Positions 9,678-22,676 of a DNA stretch of 40,140 nt are shown one piece after another. The position numbers and the translations under genes were made by a program. Origin of the DNA: Pelomyxa schiedti (Eukaryota > Protista > Evosea); NCBI GenBank assembly GCA_020536535.1, contig JAHLWZ010000941.1, positions 1 through 40,140 on the forward strand, read 5' to 3'. Every line of letters begins with the position of its first letter. Within the stretch, counting starts at the first letter, position 1. A model generated the notes under the pieces. That model was not told the DNA's origin. It did no database searches and saw only the letters and a list, made by a program, of their open reading frames with translations.

Positions 9678-12601
9678 CTAGTATGAAACCCACCAAGCAA
9701 CAAAGAGGACCCACAGGAAGCCAAAAAGTACCAAAGGCCAAGGAATCATAGAATGGTGTTTAGCTGGTATTTGTGTTGTCCCAGAACTAGTCACATCCCT
9801 TCCCGTAGCGGCTTTGGGTTCTTTACCCTGTGGGCTTCTTCTTGCCTCAAAACTAAAGAAAGGGTTATTAGATGGGTGAAAACCGAAGATTAATTAAGCT
9901 ATTTACTGTGACGGTTTGGATTAGTATTTTTAGAAGAATAATTAAAGCTGAATAAATCAGGGGATAAGGCAACACCATGGGTGCTCTGCGAGCAAAACGA
10001 GGAGGCTCAAACCAGACAATTTCTGTGAGTTTGATTGACTCACCGGCAATAATCCTCTCGACGTATTGCTGGCATAGTGCAAGTGCCGGCGGTGTTCCAT
10101 TGGCTACTGCACTCATTCCCTCCTTTTCGCCGCAAATGTTCCCACCAATCCCATCCACTCCGCCACACAATCTCTTCTGCCATCTGAGAGGGAATGACCC
10201 TCCTGTGCCGTCGCTGTGCTGCAACATCAACGCTCCGCCTTTGTTGTTGCATGTGTAGCAGTAGTTACTTGCACTGAAAACAGTGCAGCATTTGTTGCCA
10301 TGAAGCCAGTTGATTCCTTCAGTGGCAAGTTGGTGACTGCGAATCAGAAGGTGAAGATTGTTGGCCTCAAGGAATTGCGCAGTTATATTGGATCCAAATA
10401 TGACTGTTTGTTTGGGGAAGGGTATCGATGTCAGTAAAGAAGTGTATCACTAAATGGGACTTACAGCCTGCTCCACGCACACTTGCAGTCCACATTTGCT
10501 GGGGGCGATTAGAGTCGTCTGGATCACTCCATGTTAAGTCAGTAACCACACCAGGTGTTCCAACGTCACCAAAACGGTCAACGGCTTCCAAGTCAGATAT
10601 GGAGTGAAGACCTATTTCCGGTTATTGATGGTGGTTTTTTTTTGAAGGAAGACCCACTTGGACTTAATCCTGCATGAACAGCCAAAATTTTATTATCAAT
10701 AATAGCTGCCTGATAAATTGTTACAGAAAATACAAGTTCCTCCTTCAACGCACCAATGGAAAGCAGTCAAAAAGGTTGCATGCTTCAAGCCACATGGCTT
10801 CCGAAAATTTATTTTTGCAGTCTTCTAGAAAGCCATAGAATTGAGTCAAAGTTCTTGACTCGTGGTTCCCTCGTAATAGAGTTACAGACTCTGGGTACAG
10901 AATTTTATAGGATAGAAGTACAGCTAATGCTTCTAGTGAAAACAAGCTGGGAGAAATTAGGAGCAGTAACAAATGCTTAGATGCTACCCTCGGTCAACGT
11001 AATCTCCAAGAAACAGGTACTTTGTGTTGGGTGGTGTCCCAGCAAGGTTGAAAATTTCGTAAATATCTTCGATATGTCCATGGGTATCCCCAACCACAAT
11101 AACCTTGAGAAATACTGAGTAAGAAGGAGTGTTAAATAATTGATAAAGGAACCGGAAGTTGGATCCGCATGACATTGGGCTCTTTTTGAAGAATTTGCTT
11201 TGCGTTTCGTATCAAAACAAGGAATTCCTTTGCAGATGGCAATGGAGGCACTTTGCACACCGGCGGCGGAGGAGGTAGGCTTGAAGAAGGTGGTAGCAGG
11301 GATGCCGAAATGCTTGTTAGTGGTGATGATGGCTGTGAGAAGAGAGTCCTGCGAGGAGGTGGAGGTGTAGGTGATAGAAGGGGTGGTGTTGGACTCAAAG
11401 AAAACATTGAAGGCTTGGAGCAAGGAGTTCCTGGGCAAACGGGAGTGCTGGGAGGAGTGACTGTGGAAGATGTACTGACAGTAGTTTGTGTTGTTGGTTC
11501 TGGGCTGGTTTCTGAGGAAACTGGGGTTGCTACTACTGGCTCCTTAACTTCCGTTGGCTCTGGACTTGTTACCTTTTCTTTGGAGCCTGATTCCGAAGTA
11601 GTACTTAAACTTTGGGATTCTACGTTTGTTTCTTGCAGTTTAGGCGCTGGGGGGCAAACTTGTTGAGTTTCTTCATTTGGTTTGTTCAAATTTTCCATAT
11701 TTGGGGTTGAGACACATTGTTTTTGTTCAACACCGTCATGTGGAGTTGAGCATTCGCCATTTGTTGTAGTTTGTTGCACTACTGGTTCCAAAGAGGAACT
11801 GGGGCTTCCAAAAGCGGTGGCAGTAAGGCACACGGGTGCAGGTGCATCTCTAGGAGGAACAGTCAAATCCACTTGTTGCAGAGCGGATACGGATGCGGAT
11901 GTAGATGATGTGGATGAAGCCGAAGTTGTAGCGGTTGGTGCAATGGAACCCTCGCTTTCCGACGCCGTGATAGAGAGCGAAGTAAGGCCGGTGGGGTCCT
12001 CCTTTGGAGGCGGAGGAGGCGGCAAATTGAGCTGTTCAGGAGGCGGCGGGGGCAGGGAAACAATGGGCCAAAGAGCGGGGTTTACGCGGCACAGCCTGGC
12101 CCTCTCGTGGTCGAATACGGCGTGCCTTGCAACCACCAGCGCTGCTCTCCTACCGTACTTTGCCAGTATAAAGCACTTCTCTCGCCAAGTGCAAGTGGCA
12201 TCCCCAGCTGAACCAACCCAAGTCAGCACACACTTAGTGTAAAAAAAAACTACAAACACAAAACAAAAAACAAAAAACCCCAATCCAAGACTTATCTTTT
12301 AAAATAGAAAAAATATTAAATAGAACAGAAACAGAAAAGAAAAGGCACGTGTAATTAGCAACCAAGAGAACAAAAAAAACACACCGGGGTACTGCCTCTC
12401 GGTCGAGGGCCAGCCGTCGGTCGCGACCTCGGCGGCGTCGTACACGGGGCGCCAGAGGTTGCGGTCCGCGTCGGGCTCCAGGCACAGGCGGCGCCACGCC
12501 CCGCAGGTAGAGCACGCGACGCACACCGCGTCCGCGACGTCGTCCCGCGCTAGTATCGTGCACACTCGCGTAAGGACGCTGGTGGGTATGAGTTCCTCCA
12601 T
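9678..12601 (-). CDS. PPP-family (PP2A/PP4/PP6-like) Ser/Thr phosphatase with N-terminal F-box-like motif, Pro/Ser/Thr linker and probable C-terminal TM anchor
   Basis: [54 protein letters not shown]-terminus [54 protein letters not shown]. Predicted last exon ends [23 protein letters not shown] (TAG at 9678-9680). Confidence 0.85.
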
Positions 12602-12950
12602 CTGGGGTAGTCGGCGCTGTGGCGGTGGCGGCGGTTGGCGGGATGGGTTTTTTGTGTGTTGCGTGTGGTGCCGACTTCGAGTGAATGAGGGACTTTTTTT
12701 TTTTGGCTTTACGGGGTCCTGTGGCACTGCGGCCCCTGCTCGCTTGTTTTTTTTTTTTTTTTTTTGGTTTCTGTTGTGTGGCTCTTTGCTTCGCACAAAA
12801 AATCGTTTCGTTTTTCGTTGTGTGCCTGATTCTCCTAAGCGGAAAACAGATACGGAGTGTCTTTGAAAGCAAGGCCATCTCGACCATTACACAGCAGTGC
12901 CAATAAAATAACTGATAGGGTGTTTCATATAATCCATTTTTCAAAGCCTT

Positions 12951-14363
12951 TTAGCACAAACAGCAAGGACCTCCACCAGAGGCAGTTGTCTTTTTTGGTT
13001 CCTCTACTGGTTTTGTCTCTATGTACTTGTCCCTCACAGAACCAAACCCCTTTTGCCTCCTCTTCTCAGGGTCTTCAATCCACCTCAGTGGTGGTGTACC
13101 ACCAGTGACCCCAGTCAAAATAGGCTTGTCTGCAACCCAGTTGAAGAGTGCAGGGCCAGTTTTGACATAAAAGGGATTGATCTCAATGAGAGTAACATCA
13201 GCCGGGGGAGAGCGCTCCAATTTCGGTGCATCTGTCAGCTTCACACACATGTCAAGAACACAGTGATCAAATGGCAGAACAGGGCGCAGGTTTGTGTCAA
13301 AGAACTCGCAAACTCTCCGAACAACAGAGTCTCTGACTGCTTGAGGTGCAAGATCGGAGAAGTAGCAACAGTCGATATATTGTGACAATGCGGTAACCCG
13401 TCCGTGGGCAACAAAGCAACGGAATTCGTTCGAAGGCTCAATGTAGTGCCACTTGCGGATTATTATATACATTGGAGATTCAGCATAAAAAGGTATCCAA
13501 CGGACCAGGTCCTTTTTTAGTTGTTTAGGTGAAGGATATGAGTGGAGTCGAAAACTCACCTCATGGACCCTAGTACTATTTACAAGCAGGGACCAGGCCT
13601 GATCGGCATTAGTAAGGCGCATTGACCAAACAACCGCCCTGTAAAAAGCCACCAGGTCATTGTTTTCGTCTCCTGGTGGTACATCTCTCAATTCTTTCTG
13701 CATGCATGTAGAGAGTGCCGGACTTCAAATTTGAGAGATGCCAACAAATACATATGCAGATTAATCAGAATGGCCACATAATGTTGAACCCCGTTTCAAT
13801 TTCAAATTGTAGCAATGCATAACCATCGCACTCTTTTACAAAAGGGACAACTGGTAAAAATACCTGTTCAAAACAGCGTCCTTCGGCGAACGTGTACTGA
13901 GTCTGATAAAGGCACCGTCAGGCCACTTTGCCACAGCGGCGCCAATCCTCGATTTGAGTGAAACCCCGGCGTCGCCCACGGGATATGGATTGGCTTCGTT
14001 CTTCATGCCGTGCCATGACACCTCCTGAGCCGCCAGTATCGTGTTGGCGTCCTCCAGGGTCAGGGGTATGAATTCCGTCGGGAATGTCAGCCCCTCAGGC
14101 ACCCTGAGATTGGCAGTAGTTGCAGTTGCAGTTGCAGTTGCAGTTGCGGACGCAGGCGCAGTAGTTGCAGTTGAATTTGCATCATCAGTGACTGTTGGGG
14201 GAGGTGGTGGGGAAGAGGGGGATTGTAACCAGCGGTCCATTTCGTAGATTGCAGTGTATGCCTTGATGCTGTGCGCATCTGCCTCTGCTACGAACTCGGG
14301 GTCGATCCACGACTCGTGGTCGTTGGCCGCAACTACCGAAGCCGGGTTGGTTGTGGCGCTCAT
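12951..14363 (-). CDS. Cdc123/D123-like ATP-grasp protein (R2K-type) with C-terminal CCLC
   Basis: TFPTEFIPLT, GAFIRLSTRSPKDA, LLVNSTRVHEDL, IIIRKW, EFRCFV, TALSQY, CVLDMCV, LIEINPF, GPALFNW. Two introns predicted (about 13720-13864 and about 13512-13559). Ends GGGPCCLC*. Confidence 0.85.
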
Positions 14364-14473
14364 CGAAACGAGAAATCGAAAATGATTTCTGCGGTTCTGC
14401 TTTCAGGCGATTTCCGCGATTTCTGAGATGCGCAGGCATCTCGTTGTACGAAAAAAAAATTCATTTTGAATGA

Positions 14474-15553
14474 TTAATAGGTACTGAGGGGCTCTTTGTC
14501 AGTATGGGAGATAAGGAACTGCACAGCAGGCGTGAGGCCAGAAAGCCGTTGCATTACTGTATTGAGGAAATTCCTCTCAGTGTTTGTGTGTTCGCAGAGT
14601 ATTACTGTAACTCCATTTTCACAAGAATCCAGCACACTGTGGTGTCCCATTTCACCTGGAAGGAATTAGGTTCTTCGTGAGTGCAAGTGAGAGTGGAAAC
14701 CGGTTAAATAAGCATCGGAATCAACCCCAGAGAGGATTGATGAGCCCGATCCTGCACAAATGGCTATAGTTTTAAGAGGTTTTTCTGGTCTTTCAGTGGC
14801 AACGCGAACGTGAGGAATGCTGAAGTGTGATTTGACTCTCTCCAAGAGAACTCCTAGAGGGATTCTATAGAATGTTTTCTACAAAACATCTAATAAAGGG
14901 AAATACGGTTCATTTAGGGTGTGAATCCTCCCGGCTCCAGTACCTGGAGGTGCACCAGGAATTAACTTGATGGGTTTGGTGGTTCCAGACCCTTGTTTAT
15001 TTTAGTTTCCTAACAACTGACGAAGTAGTCGCCATACCTAATCCAGAAGCGATCCAGTCATTGAGTCCATTCTCCATATTGTCAAAAGCAGTGTGAGGGC
15101 AGTATACCTAATTGCTTTAAAATGGAAGAATGATATGCACAGCAAAATTACAGCAATTCCAGCCTCAATTGCTCGTAGAACAATCCTCTGTTTGACACCA
15201 GAATCTGGTGTTATGCGCTTGATATTGGAAAACAAAACAGGGTGATATGCAAGAACAACATCCACAGCCGAGGTAACAGCTTCTTCAATGACCTATAAGA
15301 AAAAAAAAGATGCACCATATGTTGTTAGAAGAAAATAGAGGTTTTCATACCCACATTGAGAGTGAGGTCAATGCACAGCAGACACCGTTTGACCGGCTTT
15401 CTCCTAGATACCAAGGGTTCCACAATAACCCCAACGTTGTCCCTTGTGTTAATAATTAACTGTGAGCAGTACTCTAAAAGAACCACACCAGGACTCTGCC
15501 AACTGCAGAGGGGAGAATTTTTCAAGCATTTCGATGAATAGACTATACTCCAT
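14474..15553 (-). CDS. NIF3: NIF3-like protein (Nif3/YbgI, DUF34 metal-binding family)
   Basis: FSPLQLAESW|DNVGVIVEP, LLCIDLT, VLAYHPVLFSNIKRIT, VYCPHTAFDNMENGLNDWIA, GAGRI, IAICAGSG, GEMGHH, VILCEHTNTERNFL, SHTDKEPL. Confidence 0.9.
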
Positions 15554-15676
15554 CCGTTCTTGGCACCACAACACCAAGTTTCGTGTTTCCTTGGATATTT
15601 TTTGTTTTCCTCTTGTTTGAGGCGAGATCTGCTATCAAAGCTAAGCTAAATTTCCCTTTTTTTCTTCTAATTGCAC

Positions 15677-18600
15677 ATGGATGCTGGGCACAAGGTACCC
15701 GCGACACCACAAACAAACGGAGGGAGGCAGGGGAGTGCCGTCATTCAAATAGCAACTGCACAGGTGACGTCATCGTCTAAGAGCACCGTGGTTCCTGCGG
15801 GGGAAAGTACCTCTAACTCAATGTTACCTTCTAATGCCAGGTTTAACTTTAAAAAAAAGTTAAGACAGAAATTATTTTATTAAAACCAAACTTACACCGT
15901 TGCTAATGTGAGAAAGGGGGAAACAGGGTGACGCTATGGCAAAAAGCAAACAACCAACGGATGACCCACGTTACATATGGCTAGAACAAAGTACAAGGTA
16001 GACTTTTTTATTATTATTATTATTTATTTTTTAACTACAAAAACTCATTGTACAGTTACACTACCGCTCAAGCTGGAAACCTGTCCGAGTACGCAATGCC
16101 ATCACAACAGTGTCCCACTCCACAATTTGGTAATCACATTTCCTCGACTTTTCATTACAGCTTGCAATACACTCTCACAAACACCTAAATTAATAGTATC
16201 CAGACCAACATTTATCTTCCTCTCAACTGAACTCAGCCAACCTGACAAGTATAAGAAGTGACACATCAAATACACATGCAACTAACACCCAAACTGGTAG
16301 CGGGTTTGTATCTTGTAATATTATTTGCCATTGTAATGCATTTTCAGCTCTCACTCTGCCAATGTGATACCCTGTGCTAATATGTCATGTCAATCTAACG
16401 GTATGCATCCTGCTTTGTTTGTTGTCTTCTGCAGGTCTTCGTACTTGTGGGAACTGGGGCTCATTCAACCTAATATGAAGAAATAGGCTTGTGCCCTATC
16501 GATACACGTGTGAACCCTTCCAGTCAGTCGGCAGCACCTCCTGGTATCAATGCATTGAGACACCAACCAACTAGCAGAGAGACTACCGCACCCATCGAAG
16601 GATCTGTTGTACCAACAGACTGCCAAAGTAAGTCCTCAAACCGAGAACAAGTTGGTGCACTTCCAAGTGTCCCTAGACAGAAACAAAACACCAGTACAAG
16701 CAGGAGTAGAAGTTCCAGTCCATCTGAATCCACTCAATCAAGGAAATCTACAGTCAGTTCCACAGGAAGACATAGTATACACAAACGGAGGAGCGGAAAT
16801 GAGAGTTGTGGAAGCTCAAGTGTTAAAAGTGAAAGTGGAAGCTCTTATTCAAGCAGCCCAAGCAGAGGAAGAACAGGTGTCAGCAATGGATCAAACCGCG
16901 CTTCTCAAAAGAACCTCAGTAAAGGACGAAATCCAAAGAAAAACCGAAGTAGAAGCCAAGAAAGGCACTCGCGAGAAAGATCCAGTCCTAGTACCAGCAG
17001 TCAAAGTTCAAGTGGGAGTCAGAACCAGAGTGGACCAAAAAACAAAGACAAAATAAAACCAAGAGAAAGAGGGAAGAGTAGAAGTAGAAGCAGAAGCAGG
17101 AGTAGAAGTCAAAGTAGAAGTCAAAACCGAAGTAGAAGCCAAAGCAGGAGCAGGAGCAGAAGTAGAAGTAGAAGCAGCAGGGACAGACTTGGAACAAGAA
17201 CCAGAAGCCGAAGCCAGAGAAGCAGGAGCCACAGTCGCAGCCGAAGCAGGAGTCAGAGCCAGAGTCGTAGCAGGAGCAGGAGTAAGAGTAAGAGCAGAAG
17301 CAGGAGCAGAAGCCAAAGTCGAAGTAAGAGCAGAAACAGGAGCTTGAGCAGGGGCAGGAGTAGAAGTAGAAGCAGTGCCGGGAGTAGGAGTAGGAGTCGT
17401 ACCCGGACCAAGAGTAGGAGTATGAGCATAAGCAGAAGTGGGAGCAGGAGCAGTGCAAGTACAAAAAGGACCAAATACTGGAACAGGAATAGGCACAACA
17501 GTCACGATGGGAAGAGGAGTAGCAGCTCATATGCTGATAGGAGTAAGAGTGGCAGTAGGAACAGGAGCCGTACTCGAAGTGCATGTAGGAGCCCAAACAA
17601 TCGGGACAAAAACCGAGGAAGGAGAAGTCACAGAACACTACATCGGACTAAAATTAAGAGCACAAGTAGAAGTGGAAGTGGAAGTGGAAGTGGGAGTTGG
17701 AGGAGTCAAAGTAGACGAAGAAGCTGGAGTAGGGCTAAGGGAAGCGCGGATACTCCCAGAAGGAAAAAGATGGGTACAAGAAGTCATAGTAGGAGCAGAA
17801 GCAAGTCTTCTTCTCCTGGGCAATCTCCAAAATTGCGATCAAAGAGAGAAACTCAGGGGAATAAGAGTAGTAGTGAAGAAACCGCAAGAAAGGGAACCCG
17901 CAACAGAGGAACTGAACACAATCATAACAGTTCTAATGCCAGAATTAGTGGTGTACCAGATAATAAAAAATCTAGTCAAATCCCTGGCCTCCTATCACAA
18001 GCAGGCTTTACCCCACTTACAACACCAGTAGAAGTCCGCCCGCACACAGGTATTACTGCAATTTTTAACCATTCTTTCATACTTGATTAGGAACATTACC
18101 TACTGGGGAAACTTCCAATCTTAACAGAGGGTGTAGTATTTCCAATGCTGAGGTGGAATTTGTGCAACCTGCCACTCTTGCAGTTGGTTCTGCAGGCAGT
18201 TTAGGCTGCACTAAAGCAGGTCGGCTTCAAGTATCCAATAGAAATTCTTGATCTAAAAACTCCAGGTATTTCAAGCATTTCCCCTGACACAGAGCTTCAA
18301 CAGGAACACTCTCCAGTTACATCACATATTAATGCTGAATTATCCAGTGTGTATCACATCATTTATCGCATTATCAACTTCAAACAGATATTCAAGCTTT
18401 AAATATGCCAAGATTTCATTTAATTAGTGACACACCTGTACCCACTTCCTCAGATATTTGCCTTGATTCTGCCGAAAAAGTATTCAACTCAACGTAATTT
18501 CACACTAACTAAAACTGACTCTGAGTAACATATCTCAGGGATATTCCTTGTTCACCTATATCTCCAGATGTCTCTGATTTAGATCCATGTCCACTCACAG

Positions 18601-21600
18601 AAACACCACACCACTCGCCCTCTCTCAGAAATCTGACTGCTGGTTGTCTTCCCACACAGTCTTCCAATTCATTAGTACAACATCTGAAAACAGAAACAGT
18701 TTCACTCCAAAAACTTGATGCGCTCCTTCAAGACTCACCAGATCATATAGGTTTGTTGGTTGTCCAGAGCGGAGTACATATAACTTTGCCACCTACAGCC
18801 CGGGTTCTCACCAAAGATGAAATACTGCAAGCACTTGATCTTGTTGACACCGAGATAACGTCCATCGAGTCTCAGCTTAAGGAATTAGAAAACGACAAGA
18901 AAGTCAAGAGTTGTTGCACTCATGCCGGGATTGCTACAATTCCTAAAGACCAGACACAAAAGATAGGAAAAGCTCAAGCAGTACCAACCAACAGTGGATT
19001 GCAGAAATCGATGTCACACTACCAACAAAATGAACTGCAGTTACCCAACCGCATAGACAACTCAACGTATCTTGAACGTATTGTTGATAGTTTAATCGCA
19101 ACCAACAGACAGCAAGCAAAGTGTCACAAAGTATGTTTCTATAACCGTCTTCTCATCAATTGAACCCAAAAAAAGGAACATAGTTTCGTCACCTCTCCCT
19201 CATCTAGTGCATCATTTGACGTCTCTGGTGGCCCCTCTTTTATAGCGATAAAGAACTTTTTAAAAGCAGTGCACTCCCGACAGGATGAGCATAAACTAGA
19301 CCTTACAGCAACATATAAAACATTGCAAGAGAAGTGGCTGGTTCAAGTACAAGAAACCAAATCCAACACACACTTTTTCCCAACAACAAAAAAAAAATAT
19401 TTAGGTGAACACCAGACTTGAAAGCCTTAGACAGTCTCCAGGTTTACGAAGCTATGGGTGTTCAAATACCGCAACTTCCTCTTCATCAGTTCCCTCAAGT
19501 ACAACAACTCCACAAGTCCATACATCCCCTGCACTTCCTTTCACAACTGTTACTTCTTCCAGTGCCACCCGTGATCCTCAGCAAGTTGAACAAGATGCAA
19601 TTTCTCGATTTCAGCGGTTGCAGGCACCAATCCCAGAACTTTTATCTTTGTCTTTTTGGCCTCTCAGATGCCCAACATTTGTTGACAATAACAGGTTCAA
19701 AAGACTCTACTTATTCCTTCATCCAATTTTTTTTAAGGTTGATGGAAAATCCATTGGATGAGGAAAAGGAGCGGAAAAGTCAGGATAATTGGACAAATGA
19801 CGACAAGTCCAACTTTGTTGTGCAGTGAGTGATTCTATACTTCGGTGTAAATAATTCCAATTTACCAAAATTTGCAGGTTCCTCCAGCACCCAAAAGCCT
19901 TTCCAGAGATAGCAAAAGCACTAAACAGATCAACTGGAGAGATTGTTGCATTTTATTACTTGCATAGACATGAATTAAACTTGCCGTCAATTGTTCGCAA
20001 AGCAAACGCAAAGAAACGTTCTCGGAATAAGGTTTTTCCTTGCTCTTTCCACACCTGATCAGTTACCACTCATCAGGAGACTCAAGATAGCTATACATCT
20101 CAGTCAAATATGAGAGATAATTCTGCCGCTATATATAGTACAATGGCTGAAGGCACAGACTCTTCTGGTTTTCAAAGCTAACCGTGAATCAAGTTATTGC
20201 GGAGTGGACCCCACATGAACAAAAGCAGTTTTTAGATGGATTGCAGCAATACGGGAAAGATTGGTCATCAATATCCTGTCTCCTTTCATGCACCAAGTCC
20301 AGCAGACAATGTAAGGCATACTACACAGCAAACAGAAGAAAACTGGGCCTTGATACATATCTTCCACGTGATGCGAAAAAGGTTCTTTCTGCTTGTAAAT
20401 CATAAAATCTCACTCATTATTCAGGTAGCGCCACGTCGGGACCGAACCGCGACAGCAGAATGGACATCAGATGAAGTTACCCAGTTCTTAGAAAAGTTTG
20501 CAGTACTTGGTACCGAGTGGAGGGCAATGGCTCAATATTTCACAACCCGTACTGCCTCACAACTTAAGTCGTTCTATTTGGTACACTTCTACCCTTCTAT
20601 CTAAGGTTGACTCTCCATAGGAAAATAAGGATAAGTTTGGACTACAAGAACCGGAGATTTTGCCTCGTAGAACAATCACCCCTTTTTTGGCCACCTCTCA
20701 CAAAATTACAGAATCGCGGAAGCGTACTCCAAGGAATCATGCGTCTACAACTGCTACTACTACCCCAGAGGTTGAGCAATCTGAGCAACAGCAGCAGAAC
20801 ACACAGAAACCGATCAGAAGATGTCCTAAGAGAAGAAAGAAGCAAATCGAAACGCAAAACATCAACTCTAACAGTTCTCCACTTCCCCCCGCTGTTGTGT
20901 CCCCAGAGGAAGAAGACTTACCCACCCGAAAGCAGCCTTCCTTTTTTCAGAAGCCATTTTCTGTGGATGTTGCAATAGTTCAAGATGTATTAGATGAAAT
21001 TTCATTTGAATTGGATGCAGACCAAATTGTGGAGCCATGTACCACAAGCACAGATGGCCTGCCAAAAAACCCCCCACCACAGCCTCCATCTCCGTCATTA
21101 CCATCAACACCTTCAATTGCAGTTCCAGCTTCACCCACTATTCCATCAACATCGCAGTCCAACAATCCACAATCTCCACCCACACCACCATCATCACCGT
21201 CTACGCCCTCAACCCCAACTACACCACCTCTGCAACTACCGTTACAAGGAAACAAATCACCACCCCGGGTTGCATCACCAGAACCACTCCCAAACAAGAT
21301 CGAAAATGGCATCTCCGAATCAATGGAGCAACCTTGCATACAAAAGCCAGTTTCTGAAACACTATCACATTCCCAAGAATCTCAACCGCATCCTCCAGCT
21401 AGTAAAAAAGTCAGGTATAATAATCAACAAGACGTTGGCACGCACGAATGCACACAGTTGGACGCTGTTGATGATACTGACACTGCCACTTGTAAACTAG
21501 AACCACACACCAGTGACAGTCGTGCAGACTCCAATGAGTGCTGTGATTCCCCCTCCCCACCTGTGTTATCACCTGCACTTTCTCCCATTCAGTCACCACA

Positions 21601-22654
21601 TCTAATGGCGTCACCCCCATCTCCAACTAACATTTCTGGGCAGACAACAACTACCCCCTCGAACACAGAATCCACACAGAACTCGAATCAGGCACCACCA
21701 CTCCAGCTTCCTGGAATAGCTTCTGTTTACGAGGCAGTGAGTGATTACACAAACTTCCGTAATGCACAGGAACACAGGGAGAAGAACACCAGCTGCAGTG
21801 GAAGTGCTTCCAGTAGTACTGAAGCCACGCAGCCAAAACCATCTCCATTTCCAGCCCACAGATCTGCATTTCATCAATTTACACAACAAGAGCAGCCACA
21901 TCAGCAATCACCAGTAAGTACACTTCGTCACCCGCACAAGCACAAGCAAAAGAAACCAAAATTAAAGAAGCACCTGAAGATTCCCCTACCTGTTCATCCA
22001 GCACTCAATGATCATCTCACTCAAATTTCTGCACTGTACCAACCACTATCTCTTTCCTCAGCAATCCTGACATTACCCACCAACAACCCTTCAGCCCACT
22101 CCATAAAACCACTCTCCTCCGTAATCCCACCACAAACAAATACACCCATTCTTCTCTCCACCCAAACACCCACACCACCAAATCAACCCTCGCATGTTAC
22201 CGCTATTAATACAACAACCCACACACTCCACACCCAACACCCCGGCCCCGTCACAATTCACCACCCACAACAACACCAACATTTCCCCCCACCCAAAAAC
22301 ACCTCAATATCCCACACAACAGCACCTTCAATCAACCACCATAATCCTCATCCCTATCCCTATCACCATCACCTACCATTCTTCCCCGTTGTTGTAAAAC
22401 CCCCTTCAGCACCAACACAGAACCTATCCCAAGGATTTATGCCTATGGGGTTTGCATCACCGAGGTCACTCTCACCAGCTGTGAGGCTGCACCTCCCACA
22501 TAGCAATACTTATACTCCACAACAAACAGAGGAGTCCCACTCCAACACTTGTGAAGATAGAGGAAGTCAGACTACACAACATAATAAGCCGCAACCCTCC
22601 CAAAACCCTGGTGCTCTTCCTCCACCAAATAAAAGTGATAGTTGTTTGTTGTAA
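15677..22654 (+). CDS. NCoR/SMRT/Snt1-like corepressor: long RS-repeat region, GPS2-interaction-like helix, three SANT/Myb domains, Pro/His-rich tail
   Basis: LTKDEILQALDLVDTEITSIESQLKEL resembles the NCoR N-terminal helix. SANT1 NWTNDDKSNFVVQ|FLQHPKAFPEIAKALNRSTGEIVAFYYLHR; SANT2 EWTPHEQKQFLDGLQQYGKDWSSIS...QCKAYY; SANT3 EWTSDEVTQFLEKFAVLGTEWRAMAQYFTTRTASQLKSFY. The start exon and joining of all exons into one gene are inferred. Confidence 0.75.
17070..17810 (+). repeat. Coding (Arg-Ser)n low-complexity repeat, purine-rich AGY/AGR codons
   Basis: agtagaagcaggagc-type hexamer repeats translating to SRSRSRSQSRS... within ORF 16489-18090. Confidence 0.9.
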
Positions 22655-22676
22655 ATTTTTGGCCTTTTTTTTCTGG

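Noticed and set aside
11253-12242. Plus-strand Gly/Val-rich ORFs
   Set aside because: These are antisense shadows of the Pro/Thr/Ser linker of the phosphatase.
16988-17823. Antisense ORFs rich in Cys/Tyr/Phe, Leu or Ala/Pro/Thr
   Set aside because: These are shadow frames of the purine-rich RS repeat on the plus strand.
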